From positions 1 through 25,533 of the IMG/VR virus record IMGVR_UViG_3300049432_000034: a stretch of DNA of 25,533 nucleotides, one strand, 5' to 3'. Both the position numbers and the translations under genes were made by a program. Position 1 is the first letter of the stretch. Each line of letters begins with the position of its first letter. The stretch comes from a virus (Duplodnaviria > Caudoviricetes). Of this stretch, positions 1 to 7,338 are shown in pieces. The notes beneath the pieces are model-generated. The model saw only the letters and a list, made by a program, of their open reading frames with translations. It had not been told where the DNA came from and made no database searches.

Positions 1-408
1 CATGATCTGCAGTTCATCCGCCGTGAGGAAATCCACGGTTTCCGCTGTCTCTGCCAGCGTCAGCCGCAGCCTGGTGCCGGCGGGAATGACCTGGATGGGC
101 GCGCTGTTCGTCACGTTGACGTACACCCGCCCCGTCACGGGGTTGCCGTCTTCACGGGTCACCCCGTACAGAGTCATAAGCTGTTCGATGATCTGCCCGG
201 GCAACATCTGGACAGCAAGGATTTCCGGCCCCAGCATGACCGCCAAGGCTTCCATCAGGACCATTTCCGTGTTCCCGGCCCGGGGCTGCCATTCCGGCAG
301 GACGGCGGTGGCGTAGGCAACACCGGCGTTCACAAGGTCCGGTTCCGTGCCAAAGTTCAGCAGCTTGAGCGCTTCATACTCTGGGATATCGTTCTGGATT
401 TCAGCCAT
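1..408 (-). CDS. Baseplate J-like (P2 gpJ / Mu gp47) wedge protein, N-terminal 136 aa, runs off the window edge
   Basis: Not in the ORF track. My translation from ATG at 408 is open to base 1: MAEIQNDIPEYEALKLLNFGTEPDLVNAGVAYATAVLPEWQPRAGNTEMVLMEALAVML...LYGVTREDGNPVTGRVYVNVTNSAPIQVIPAGTRL. The LPEW..., LxGxxR and IPAGT patterns are typical of baseplate J N-termini. It overlaps the stop of the gp25-like gene. Confidence 0.85.
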   Translation of the reverse strand, partial: MAEIQNDIPEYEALKLLNFGTEPDLVNAGVAYATAVLPEWQPRAGNTEMVLMEALAVMLGPEILAVQMLPGQIIEQLMTLYGVTREDGNPVTGRVYVNVTNSAPIQVIPAGTRLRLTLAETAETVDFLTADELQIM

Positions 409-733
409 TGTTCTGTTCGGTCCCATCTGAGGTGCGGCGCCATGAAATCTTGGCCCGGTCAACGGTGTCTGACACGGTTTCCGTGGTGATTGCCGTGACC
501 ATCACGCCGGCGGGTCCGTAATCGTCCAGACCCACTTGAATATCACCGGTGTGCAGGCCGGCAAAGGTGGGGTCAGGTATGCCGAATTCCGGGCGCATCG
601 GGCGTTCCCCAATATGGGTGAGCGCCAAGACGGCAATGGCTTCCTCAATCTCAGGGTCAGTGCCGTAACCCACGGTCACAACAGACCCGTCCGGGCCAAG
701 CCGGAACGGGAAAGAAAGGATGCCATTTGCCAT
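401..733 (-). CDS. Baseplate wedge / sheath initiator, gp25 (GPW_gp25)-like, 110 aa
   Basis: LSFPFRL...GERPMRPEFG motif of gp25-like proteins, directly upstream of baseplate J. Start moved from 787 to ATG 733, which coincides with the predicted start site of the late-promoter element. Confidence 0.85.
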   Translation of the reverse strand: MANGILSFPFRLGPDGSVVTVGYGTDPEIEEAIAVLALTHIGERPMRPEFGIPDPTFAGLHTGDIQVGLDDYGPAGVMVTAITTETVSDTVDRAKISWRRTSDGTEQNNG

Positions 734-784
734 GCCGCCATTGTGTACCGGGCGCGCGGCCAGTTGTGGGACGGCGGCGGGGTT
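733..784 (-). promoter_or_regulatory. Putative late promoter copy P6 (leaderless, gp25/baseplate J)
   Basis: Minus strand: AACC-N6-CCGTCCCACA-N19-CACAAT-GGCGGC-ATG. The upstream GACA half is degenerate in this copy. Confidence 0.7.
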
Positions 785-812
785 CACTGGTGGTGTAGTG
801 CGGTGCTACATT
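783..812 (+). promoter_or_regulatory. SigA-like promoter for the HTH gene with overlapping 17-bp palindromic operator (794-810)
   Basis: TTCACT(783-788)-18 nt-TACATT(807-812) with an extended-10 TG. TGTAGTGCGGTGCTACA overlaps the -10. Confidence 0.6.
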
Positions 813-849
813 TGACGGGTACAGCCACAACCCACAGTGAGGAACCACA

Positions 850-1065
850 ATGTCCACTGACCCAAACCAAATCATCACCTATGACGGACTGGCCAGCATC
901 CTGGATGTTCAGGTCAAGACCGTCCGCCAATGGAAGCTGCGGGGTGACCTGCCCAAGCCGGACCTATCCCTTGGCCAATCCCCGGGCTGGAAACTGTCCA
1001 CGCTGGAACAGTTCATCATCCACTACAAGACCCATGGCCGTCCCGGGTTCCAGCGAACCAAATAA
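850..1065 (+). CDS. Small helix-turn-helix DNA-binding protein (AlpA/Xis/MerR-like), 71 aa
   Basis: GLASILDVQVKTVRQWKLRGDLPKPD..GQSPGW..TLEQF pattern of actinobacterial AlpA-like winged-HTH proteins; GAGGAA RBS upstream. Confidence 0.8.
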   Translation: MSTDPNQIITYDGLASILDVQVKTVRQWKLRGDLPKPDLSLGQSPGWKLSTLEQFIIHYKTHGRPGFQRTK

Positions 1066-1071
1066 AGGTGA

Positions 1072-1102
1072 TTGACACTTTTCTGTAGTGCCGTGCTACA
1101 GT
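1072..1102 (+). promoter_or_regulatory. SigA-like promoter with second copy of the 17-bp operator (1084-1100)
   Basis: Perfect TTGACA (1072-1077), long 19-nt spacer, TGc-TACAGT (1097-1102). TGTAGTGCCGTGCTACA differs from the 794-810 copy at only the central base. Confidence 0.65.
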
Positions 1103-1144
1103 TCTTTTATTGCTTCACCAGCCGCCACAGCAAAGGACCACACC

Positions 1145-1459
1145 ATGAACGCCACCCAGGAACGCAAACTGCCCACCGTGAACCTGCGCACCAAAAAGCA
1201 GACCGCTTTTTACAGCAAGCGCGCCGAACGTGAGTTTGATGCATGGACGGCCCGCATTGAAGCCGAAAACCTGCATGTGGGCCTGATGGTCACCGCCGCC
1301 CGGGTCATCACGGACTCCCGTGACTACGTTCTCCACACATGGTGGGAACCCGCCGTCATCACCGAACTGCGCAACTTTGATGCCGTAGTGAAGTTCCAAG
1401 ACGGCACCACCCAGTCATCCGGGCTGGGCCTGCGGGCCTTTGAACTTCCCGCCATCTGA
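1145..1459 (+). CDS. Hypothetical protein, 104 aa, possible C-terminal Tudor/SH3-like barrel
   Basis: AAGGA RBS before ATG 1145 (the track's 1088 start lies inside the promoter). VGLMVTA...WWEPAVITEL..DAVVKFQDG resembles the Tudor-like VGxxVxA...WxxAxI...VxFxDG pattern. Confidence 0.65.
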   Translation: MNATQERKLPTVNLRTKKQTAFYSKRAEREFDAWTARIEAENLHVGLMVTAARVITDSRDYVLHTWWEPAVITELRNFDAVVKFQDGTTQSSGLGLRAFELPAI

Positions 1460-1461
1460 CC

Positions 1462-1704
1462 ATGGCCACGGTAGTCCTGAGCCAGACAGCAAGCTGGAAC
1501 CCGGCCCTGACGAACGGCTACCGTGACCGCTACGCCACGGTGGGCGGGCGGTACTTCAAAGTCAGTGCCGAATTCCTATACACGCCATGGTTTATCTCAG
1601 AAATCACCGCTGACGGGGAATGGATACCTGACGGATTCAGCGGCATTGCGTTCACTCTTGCGGAAGCCCGCACCCAAATATCAGACGCCACAGCAACCAG
1701 TTAG
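1462..1704 (+). CDS. Hypothetical protein, 80 aa
   Basis: Starts 2 nt after the preceding stop, packs tightly in the operon, globular aromatic-rich sequence. Confidence 0.65.
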   Translation: MATVVLSQTASWNPALTNGYRDRYATVGGRYFKVSAEFLYTPWFISEITADGEWIPDGFSGIAFTLAEARTQISDATATS

Positions 1705-1712
1705 GAACCCTC

Positions 1713-2333
1713 ATGTTCAAGCCCACCCTTGGTGCCCAGTACCGCTTGATTGACCCCGATAACACCGGCTTTGGCATCGGCAAGGCCACCCACACCGTGA
1801 TGGGCGTGGTCACGCTGGTAAACCGCAGTGGGGAACAGACCACCACCCCGGCCAGCATGGTCATCCCCGTCCCCGGCATGCTTGCGGACGTAATCCAGTC
1901 CGGCGTTGCCGCCATCAAACACCACATTGAAGAACTGAACACATGGAACAAACTGCCCTACGTGCGGACCTTTGCGGACCTGCATGAACACATGGACGCC
2001 AGCGCGCTTTTGCACAACCACGTCCCGGAACTGTTCCCCCGCACCACCAATGACTTGCCCGATGACCGGCAAATTGACGTGGAAAGCCGGGTCAGCGAAA
2101 TGGTCAACGAATGGCTGATTGAACGCTGGGACAATGACCCCTATAACCAGCCCGCGCCGGACACGGATGAAAAGGTGGCCAGCATCCTTGCGGCTATGCT
2201 GGACATGTCCCTTGAGGAACAGCAATGGGGCAACGCTGACAAGGTGGAAGTCTTGGACGGCTTTGGCCCGGACCAAGTCCGCTTGCGTGTGGCTGACCAC
2301 ATATTCACCATCCGGGTAACCCGGGAAGACTGA
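1713..2333 (+). CDS. Hypothetical protein, 206 aa
   Basis: AGGAA RBS, tight packing, ends just before the bidirectional terminator. Acidic, contains TFADLHEHMDA; no function recognised. Confidence 0.7.
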   Translation: MFKPTLGAQYRLIDPDNTGFGIGKATHTVMGVVTLVNRSGEQTTTPASMVIPVPGMLADVIQSGVAAIKHHIEELNTWNKLPYVRTFADLHEHMDASALLHNHVPELFPRTTNDLPDDRQIDVESRVSEMVNEWLIERWDNDPYNQPAPDTDEKVASILAAMLDMSLEEQQWGNADKVEVLDGFGPDQVRLRVADHIFTIRVTRED

Positions 2334-2341
2334 CCGCAGAC

Positions 2342-2383
2342 CAGAAAGCCCCCTCACACAATGGCGTGTGAGGGGGCTTTCTG
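2342..2383. terminator. Bidirectional intrinsic terminator
   Basis: Perfect 18-bp stem CAGAAAGCCCCCTCACAC / GTGTGAGGGGGCTTTCTG with a 6-nt loop, between the convergent 206-aa gene and the holin. Confidence 0.85.
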
Positions 2384-2394
2384 TGTTGCTACGG

Positions 2395-2838
2395 TTACAG
2401 CGTGTCAGCGCGGTGGTCAGGCCCGGGCACCCGGTCAGCGGGCGCGTATGCGGGAACGCTGACGCCAGCCTTGCTGAGTAGTTCAAGGGCCTTGGCCTGT
2501 TCCGCCGCCGCCACTTCCTCAGGTGATGCCGTCACAAGCACGGACTGTGCCGCCACTGCCGCGCCGGTAGGTCGCCACAAGCCATAGTGCAGACCAACCG
2601 CAATGAGGAATGAACCGATGCCGTACAGCAGGGCGGTGCCCAAGTTGTACTGGGTTCCCGTCTGCAAGGCATCGGCCAGTTCAGCGGCAATGGACGTGAC
2701 CGCGGCCAGCGCGGCAAGGTAAATGGCCTTTCGGCCACCATCGGTCACCCTGGTGGTGACCAGACCCACCAGCAGGGGGAACACGGTAGATGCAAGCAAC
2801 TGGAACAGTTGCCAGAACGGGATATCAATGACAATCAC
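2395..2838 (-). CDS. Holin, 147 aa
   Basis: About three hydrophobic segments (FWQLFQLLASTVFPLLVGLVT; AIYLAALAAVTSIAA; LGTALLYGIGSFLIAVGLHYGLW). Directly downstream of the endolysin; GAAAGG RBS and GTG start. Confidence 0.8.
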   Translation of the reverse strand: MIVIDIPFWQLFQLLASTVFPLLVGLVTTRVTDGGRKAIYLAALAAVTSIAAELADALQTGTQYNLGTALLYGIGSFLIAVGLHYGLWRPTGAAVAAQSVLVTASPEEVAAAEQAKALELLSKAGVSVPAYAPADRVPGPDHRADTL

Positions 2839-2850
2839 GGTGATGCCTTT

Positions 2851-4665
2851 CTAGGGGATGTTCAGGACTTGGCCGGCTTGGATGTAATCCGGGTTGCTGA
2901 TGCCGTTGGCGGCGGCGATAGCTTCCGCGGTGGAACCGAACTGTGCCGCAATCAAACTGAGGGTGTCCCCAGCTTCAACGATGACCTGACCGTGCCCGGA
3001 CGGCTGCGGCGCGGGGGCCACTGCAGGGCCACTGTTCCCCGGCAGGTTCAGAACCTGGCCCACTTGGATGTGGTCCGGGTTTGCAATCTGCGGGTTCGCC
3101 GCAATCAGCGCGCCAAGCTCAACACCGAACTGTGCCGCAATGGCACCCATGGTGTCCCCGGCTTCCACGACGCACTGGCCGGCGGATAGCGGCGCGGCGG
3201 CACCCGGCAGGGCAAGGACCTGGCCCGGGAAAATCAGGTCAGGGTTGCTGATGCCATTGAGTGCCACAAGGGCGCCAAGGTCCACGTTGAACTGGGTGGC
3301 AATCCCGGCCAACGTGTCGCCGGCTTCCACCACGCACTTGGACACGGCACCCGGCATTTCTGCAGGCCCACCAGCACCCGGCAGGTTCAAGACCTGCCCC
3401 GGGTAGATAAGGTCCGGGTTGATGCCCGGGTTGGCCTTGATAAGGGCATCCAGGTTGACGTTGAACTGGTCAGCGATACGGCTAAGCGTGTCCCCGGCTT
3501 CCACCACCACCTGGGCCACCCCGGCAATGGACGCGCCGGAACTGATGACGGGGGCCTTGTAGTCGCCGCCGGCGGCAAGGGTCCGCCAAGCTACGGAATC
3601 CCCAAAGAACACGTTCAGGTCCAAGGTGCCGTTGTGGCCGGCCAGCCGCCCGGTCTGGGTGTACTGCCACGCCACGAGGTTCCAGCCGTCAAATTCCGGG
3701 GTGCCGTTCAGTGGACCCCAGCCCTGTTCCGAGTTGGACGGGTACAGTGCGCCCCACAGCGGCCACGCGCCACGGTGGTGGCCCCACGGCAAGCTGGTGG
3801 CGTGGCTGCGGTTCATGTAAATCCACGGGGATTTCTGCGTGAGCTCAGCAAGGACGGCCTGGAATTCAGCGGCCCACGCGGTGTCATCCACGCGGTCCAT
3901 TTCCCAGTCCAGCGCCACAATGTCATCCGGGCCAAGGTGCGGCTTGATGACGTTGACGAACCATTCCGCTTCCGCGCGCGGGTTGTTCCCGTCCTGTGCC
4001 CACGGGCGGGCCATGTGGTAGAACCCCACGAGGTCACCGGCGCGGCGGGCCTTGTCCAGGTTGGCCAAGAATTCCGGGTCAGTGTATCCGATGCCCTCAG
4101 TGGCCTTGACGATGGTGAATTGTGCGCCGGTGGCCGCAACGTCCATGCCGCGCTGGTGCTTGGAAATGTCGATGCCCTGCAGGGTGCCGGCGGGTGCCGG
4201 CGCGGGTGCCGGCGCGGAACCGGCCACCTTGGGGCGCAGCCAGCCAACCACGGACCCGGCACCAGGGATGTGGTAGCCAATACGCGCCAGCGTGGTGGGC
4301 TGGGCGGCGGAACCGTCAGCGTTCTGCTGCAGGACCAGCATGGTGTACGGGTCAGCGTCCACCACCACAGCAATGTGGCCGTAGGGGTTGAAGCTATCGC
4401 CGCCCCAGATGACAATGTCACCGCGCTGGGGGTGGCTGGTCAGGTCACCGTCCACGTTGGGGATGGACTCAAAATAGGCGTTGGTCTTGGGGAAGTGGTC
4501 CCGTGCGTTGCCGCGGCCAAACGTGGTTTCCCAGGACACCCCGGGGAAGCAGGCAATGGCGTAGGCAATGGCCGTGTCCACGCACTGGTAGGCGTAGACA
4601 CCATCAGGGTCAAAGAATCGGCCGGCGGCGGACGCTAGGAAGCGGTCCTGGTCAGTGTTCGTCAT
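2851..4665 (-). CDS. Modular endolysin: CHAP + GH25 muramidase + 4 LysM, 604 aa
   Basis: CHAP: YQCVD...GDIVIW...YGHIAVV...LQQN. Pro/Ala linker. GH25: GIDISKHQ, IVKATEG, GFYH, LDWE, WQYT, LDLN. Four VEAGDTL...NPDxIxxGQVLxxP LysM repeats. Confidence 0.95.
   Translation of the reverse strand: MTNTDQDRFLASAAGRFFDPDGVYAYQCVDTAIAYAIACFPGVSWETTFGRGNARDHFPKTNAYFESIPNVDGDLTSHPQRGDIVIWGGDSFNPYGHIAVVVDADPYTMLVLQQNADGSAAQPTTLARIGYHIPGAGSVVGWLRPKVAGSAPAPAPAPAGTLQGIDISKHQRGMDVAATGAQFTIVKATEGIGYTDPEFLANLDKARRAGDLVGFYHMARPWAQDGNNPRAEAEWFVNVIKPHLGPDDIVALDWEMDRVDDTAWAAEFQAVLAELTQKSPWIYMNRSHATSLPWGHHRGAWPLWGALYPSNSEQGWGPLNGTPEFDGWNLVAWQYTQTGRLAGHNGTLDLNVFFGDSVAWRTLAAGGDYKAPVISSGASIAGVAQVVVEAGDTLSRIADQFNVNLDALIKANPGINPDLIYPGQVLNLPGAGGPAEMPGAVSKCVVEAGDTLAGIATQFNVDLGALVALNGISNPDLIFPGQVLALPGAAAPLSAGQCVVEAGDTMGAIAAQFGVELGALIAANPQIANPDHIQVGQVLNLPGNSGPAVAPAPQPSGHGQVIVEAGDTLSLIAAQFGSTAEAIAAANGISNPDYIQAGQVLNIP
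2854..3510 (-). repeat. Four tandem LysM coding repeats within the endolysin (approximate bounds)
   Basis: Four approximately 45-aa units separated by short Pro/Ala/Gly linkers, visible at protein and DNA level. Confidence 0.9.
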
Positions 4666-5030
4666 GGTGCGGTTTCTCCCTGTTCAGTGGGTCCGTTATC
4701 TGATGGCTTGGGCGTTTGGGGATCGAAATAGCGGGCGCGCTGACGCTTGCGTTCCTTGGCCCGTTCGTGGCGCATGACACCTTGGATGTAGAGCACGGCC
4801 AGAATCAGCAGGAATATCAGCGATTCAAAGATGGGCCGGCGAATGTCCAGCGGGACGAACCTTGCCGCTGTGGAGTACGCCACCAGCAGAGTCAGCGAAA
4901 TCAGCAGCGTCATGAACGCTTTGCCGGCGGCGTACCGCATGAAATCCGCTGTGCGCCAGTAGTAAACGGTGGTGTAAATCAGTGCCACCATCAGCACAAA
5001 AAGCAGGACCAACCCCATAGTTATTTCCAT
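4662..5030 (-). CDS. Membrane protein (3 TM), holin-like lysis accessory, 122 aa
   Basis: Three hydrophobic helices and a charged C-terminal tail; ATGA overlap with the endolysin start. Confidence 0.75.
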   Translation of the reverse strand: MEITMGLVLLFVLMVALIYTTVYYWRTADFMRYAAGKAFMTLLISLTLLVAYSTAARFVPLDIRRPIFESLIFLLILAVLYIQGVMRHERAKERKRQRARYFDPQTPKPSDNGPTEQGETAP

Positions 5031-5032
5031 TT

Positions 5033-5242
5033 TTACGTTCCTTTGAATACGTGTGTGAGGTTCTTGCCGAACCCGTTTTCTTGCCGCAATATCGCTTGGC
5101 GCGCCCCCACGCGCACGGATTCTTCACGGATTGCATGCGCCCGGGCTAAGGATTCCTCAGCCTGCTTGAGGGCGGTTTCAGAGTCAGCCCGGTCAGCGTC
5201 ACTAAGCTGGTACCGTGCCCAGCCAAATAGCTTTTTGATCAT
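5033..5242 (-). CDS. Small helical lysis-cassette protein, 69 aa
   Basis: Coiled-coil-like, ends LRQENGFG; ATGA overlap with the upstream membrane gene. Resembles small genes of actinophage lysis cassettes. Confidence 0.7.
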   Translation of the reverse strand: MIKKLFGWARYQLSDADRADSETALKQAEESLARAHAIREESVRVGARQAILRQENGFGKNLTHVFKGT

Positions 5243-5520
5243 CGGGCCGTCTCCGTCTCAGTCTTTTCCTGGATGGCGGTCATAATCTTGTCCGTGGTCT
5301 TGCCAACCTCAACCAGCCCTGGCATGGCATCAGCGAACACGGCAACCGCTGCGGTCTGCGTTTCGGCCACCGAACGCCAGCGGTCCCGGTCCGCCAGTAG
5401 TTCCTTGTAGTAGAACCGCGGCACAATTACACGCCCGGTCATCAGACCCAGACACATCAGCCCAACGATGGACCACGGGGACAGGTCCGTGACCACCCAG
5501 CTTGGGATTCCCTCAAACAT
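5239..5520 (-). CDS. Membrane protein (1 TM + amphipathic helix), lysis cassette, 93 aa
   Basis: WSIVGLMCLGLMTGRVIVPR...DRDRWR pattern; TGATG overlap with the tail fibre gene. Confidence 0.75.
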   Translation of the reverse strand: MFEGIPSWVVTDLSPWSIVGLMCLGLMTGRVIVPRFYYKELLADRDRWRSVAETQTAAVAVFADAMPGLVEVGKTTDKIMTAIQEKTETETAR

Positions 5521-6617
5521 CAGATGTTGTCCGTCTCATACGTGAAGTTGAAGTGGAATTCTGAGCCCCCTTGGAACGGGTAGCCCATTTGCCCTGGCGT
5601 GCGCATTGCCGCTTGCGCGTCTGACACGTCAGGCCAAGCCCATAGTTCAACAGCAGTTGCGCCGCCGCCCGTAGCGCCCAAGATTTGCCGCAGTGGACCG
5701 CTGGGGCCGGTGATCAGGCTTGAACCGATGCCGAACTGTTGCGGGTAGCCGGCAACAGCGAACGGAAGCGTGACAGCCAGCCGCCCGGTGCCCATGCTGG
5801 CCCCGTCGCCACCCCGCAGCCACATATTGCAACGCACCATGCGTTCACTGATGACGGTGTAAGAACCGCCCACGGTGTAGCCGGCACCAAGGTAAGTGAA
5901 GCCCTGCCATTGCGGCGTGAACAGGGTGTGCGGCTGGGCTGTGCACACCCAGCGTTCACCGTCCCACCGGCGGGTGCGCTTGGTGTCCGTCTCATAGATG
6001 TACTGGTTGATGGCCGGGTTTGGCGGGCGGGTGGTGGACGTGACCACAGAACTGATTTCCCGCACGGAATCATCAACATAGGTGGCCGTCTGGCCAACGA
6101 GTCCGTCCACGTAAGACTTGGTGGTTGCATTTCCCGCCGCTGTGGGGGTGCTGATGGACAAGCGCCCGGAACTATCGCGTTTGGCCAGCGCGCCGGCGGT
6201 CGCCGCATCTGTGGCCGCATCCAGCTTGGCCTTGTCCGCCGCCGCCATGGCCCCGTTCACGGTGGAACTGGCCATGGGCAGGGGGTGGGTGTGGTCAGCG
6301 CGTGCGGCACGGTCTGAACTGCCCTCAGCACCGTTGCCGCCCAGCACAAGGGCGCGGCCCGCACCGCCGCCGCCGTTGGGATTCAAGTCCTGCCATGCCG
6401 TGCCGTCATCCCAGGCCAGCCGCTTGGCGTTTTCATCCCAGAAAAAGCGCGCGGCTTTGCCGGCAACGGGACGCGCCGCCGGCGTGCCCTGATAGCCCAG
6501 CGCCACGATGGAATCCAGCAACGCTACTTGCTCGTTGAACTTGACCCGCCCCGGGTGCGGATCGGTGCCGGCTGTGTATTGTGTCAGCCCGGTACGGGTA
6601 GCGGGTAAAAGTGCCAT
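5520..6617 (-). CDS. Minor tail / tail fibre protein, 365 aa
   Basis: Two RPxx...[FY]xxD...WD[D]GxxW modules, ARADHTHP HxH motif, ATTKSYVD fibre motif and a beta-rich C-terminal head. Confidence 0.75.
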   Translation of the reverse strand: MALLPATRTGLTQYTAGTDPHPGRVKFNEQVALLDSIVALGYQGTPAARPVAGKAARFFWDENAKRLAWDDGTAWQDLNPNGGGGAGRALVLGGNGAEGSSDRAARADHTHPLPMASSTVNGAMAAADKAKLDAATDAATAGALAKRDSSGRLSISTPTAAGNATTKSYVDGLVGQTATYVDDSVREISSVVTSTTRPPNPAINQYIYETDTKRTRRWDGERWVCTAQPHTLFTPQWQGFTYLGAGYTVGGSYTVISERMVRCNMWLRGGDGASMGTGRLAVTLPFAVAGYPQQFGIGSSLITGPSGPLRQILGATGGGATAVELWAWPDVSDAQAAMRTPGQMGYPFQGGSEFHFNFTYETDNI

Positions 6618-6668
6618 GCCCTCATGGTGCGGAAATCACCCCGCCCATTGTGGGACGGTCAGGGTGTC
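6617..6668 (-). promoter_or_regulatory. Putative late promoter copy P5 (leaderless, tail fibre and lysis cassette)
   Basis: Minus strand: GACA-CCCTGA-CCGTCCCACA-N19-CACCAT-GAGGGC-ATG. Confidence 0.75.
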
Positions 6669-6937
6669 ACGGGCGGCGGGCCAGCCGCGGCCAGCACCAG
6701 CAGGTCATTGCGGCTGTCTTCAATCGCCGCCACCACCACCGGGGTGCCGGCCACCAGGCCAGCCACGGCGGTTGGCATCGGCCCCACCGGGTTGGCTGCC
6801 AGCCTGGGAATCAGGACGTAGACCATGCCGTTGCTGTGAATTTCCACCACCGTGCCACGCCACAGGCTGGGGATGGCATCGGCCACCACCGGGCGCCCCG
6901 GTTTCTGGCCCATGGCCTTTGCTACAGCACCCCTCAT
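6659..6937 (-). CDS. Short baseplate spike-like (gpV OB-fold) protein, 92 aa
   Basis: WRGTVVEI...VYVLIPRL...GTPVVVA OB-fold-like pattern, positioned after the hub. Start reassigned to ATG 6937 (ATGA overlap, GAAAGG upstream). Confidence 0.6.
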   Translation of the reverse strand: MRGAVAKAMGQKPGRPVVADAIPSLWRGTVVEIHSNGMVYVLIPRLAANPVGPMPTAVAGLVAGTPVVVAAIEDSRNDLLVLAAAGPPPVTP

Positions 6938-7338
6938 GACCCCGCCCTTTCCATGTACGCAAGCCCGGGCACCAGCCAAGCCCTGACCAAACGGGCCTGG
7001 TCTACGGGCACCAAACACAAAGCCGGCCCGCTGGACTCCACCACACCCGCCCCAACGTACAGGCCCAGCCGCCCACTGGTGAGCTCCACCGCCGCGCCGT
7101 GCGGCATGGTGTCCAGCGGGACGGGCACGCCGTCCCGGGCCAGCACAGCCAGCATTTTGGCATCCTCACGTGGGAACCGCAGCTTGGCGGTGGCACACGC
7201 TTGGCTTATGGCTTCCGCTACCGTCAGGGGCGCGCCCACGTTGTCTTTCCATCCTTGGTCAGCCACCGCGCCGGCGCGCACGTCACGCACGAGGGTGCAC
7301 ACCCGTGCCGCTATCAGCCAAGCCCAAACTGTGTTCAT
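6934..7338 (-). CDS. Hypothetical tail protein, degenerate NlpC/P60-like fold, 134 aa
   Basis: Coupled at both ends (TGATG, ATGA). Manual alignment to the NlpC/P60 consensus with the catalytic residues replaced. Confidence 0.6.
   Translation of the reverse strand: MNTVWAWLIAARVCTLVRDVRAGAVADQGWKDNVGAPLTVAEAISQACATAKLRFPREDAKMLAVLARDGVPVPLDTMPHGAAVELTSGRLGLYVGAGVVESSGPALCLVPVDQARLVRAWLVPGLAYMERAGS

Noticed and set aside
850-1065. HTH protein as an excisionase marking a prophage boundary
   Set aside because: No integrase or att-like site is in the window, and phage baseplate genes resume on the other side.
1701-2486. 261-aa minus-strand ORF continuing from the holin
   Set aside because: It runs through the bidirectional terminator and opposes the plus-strand 206-aa gene, which has an RBS and operon context.
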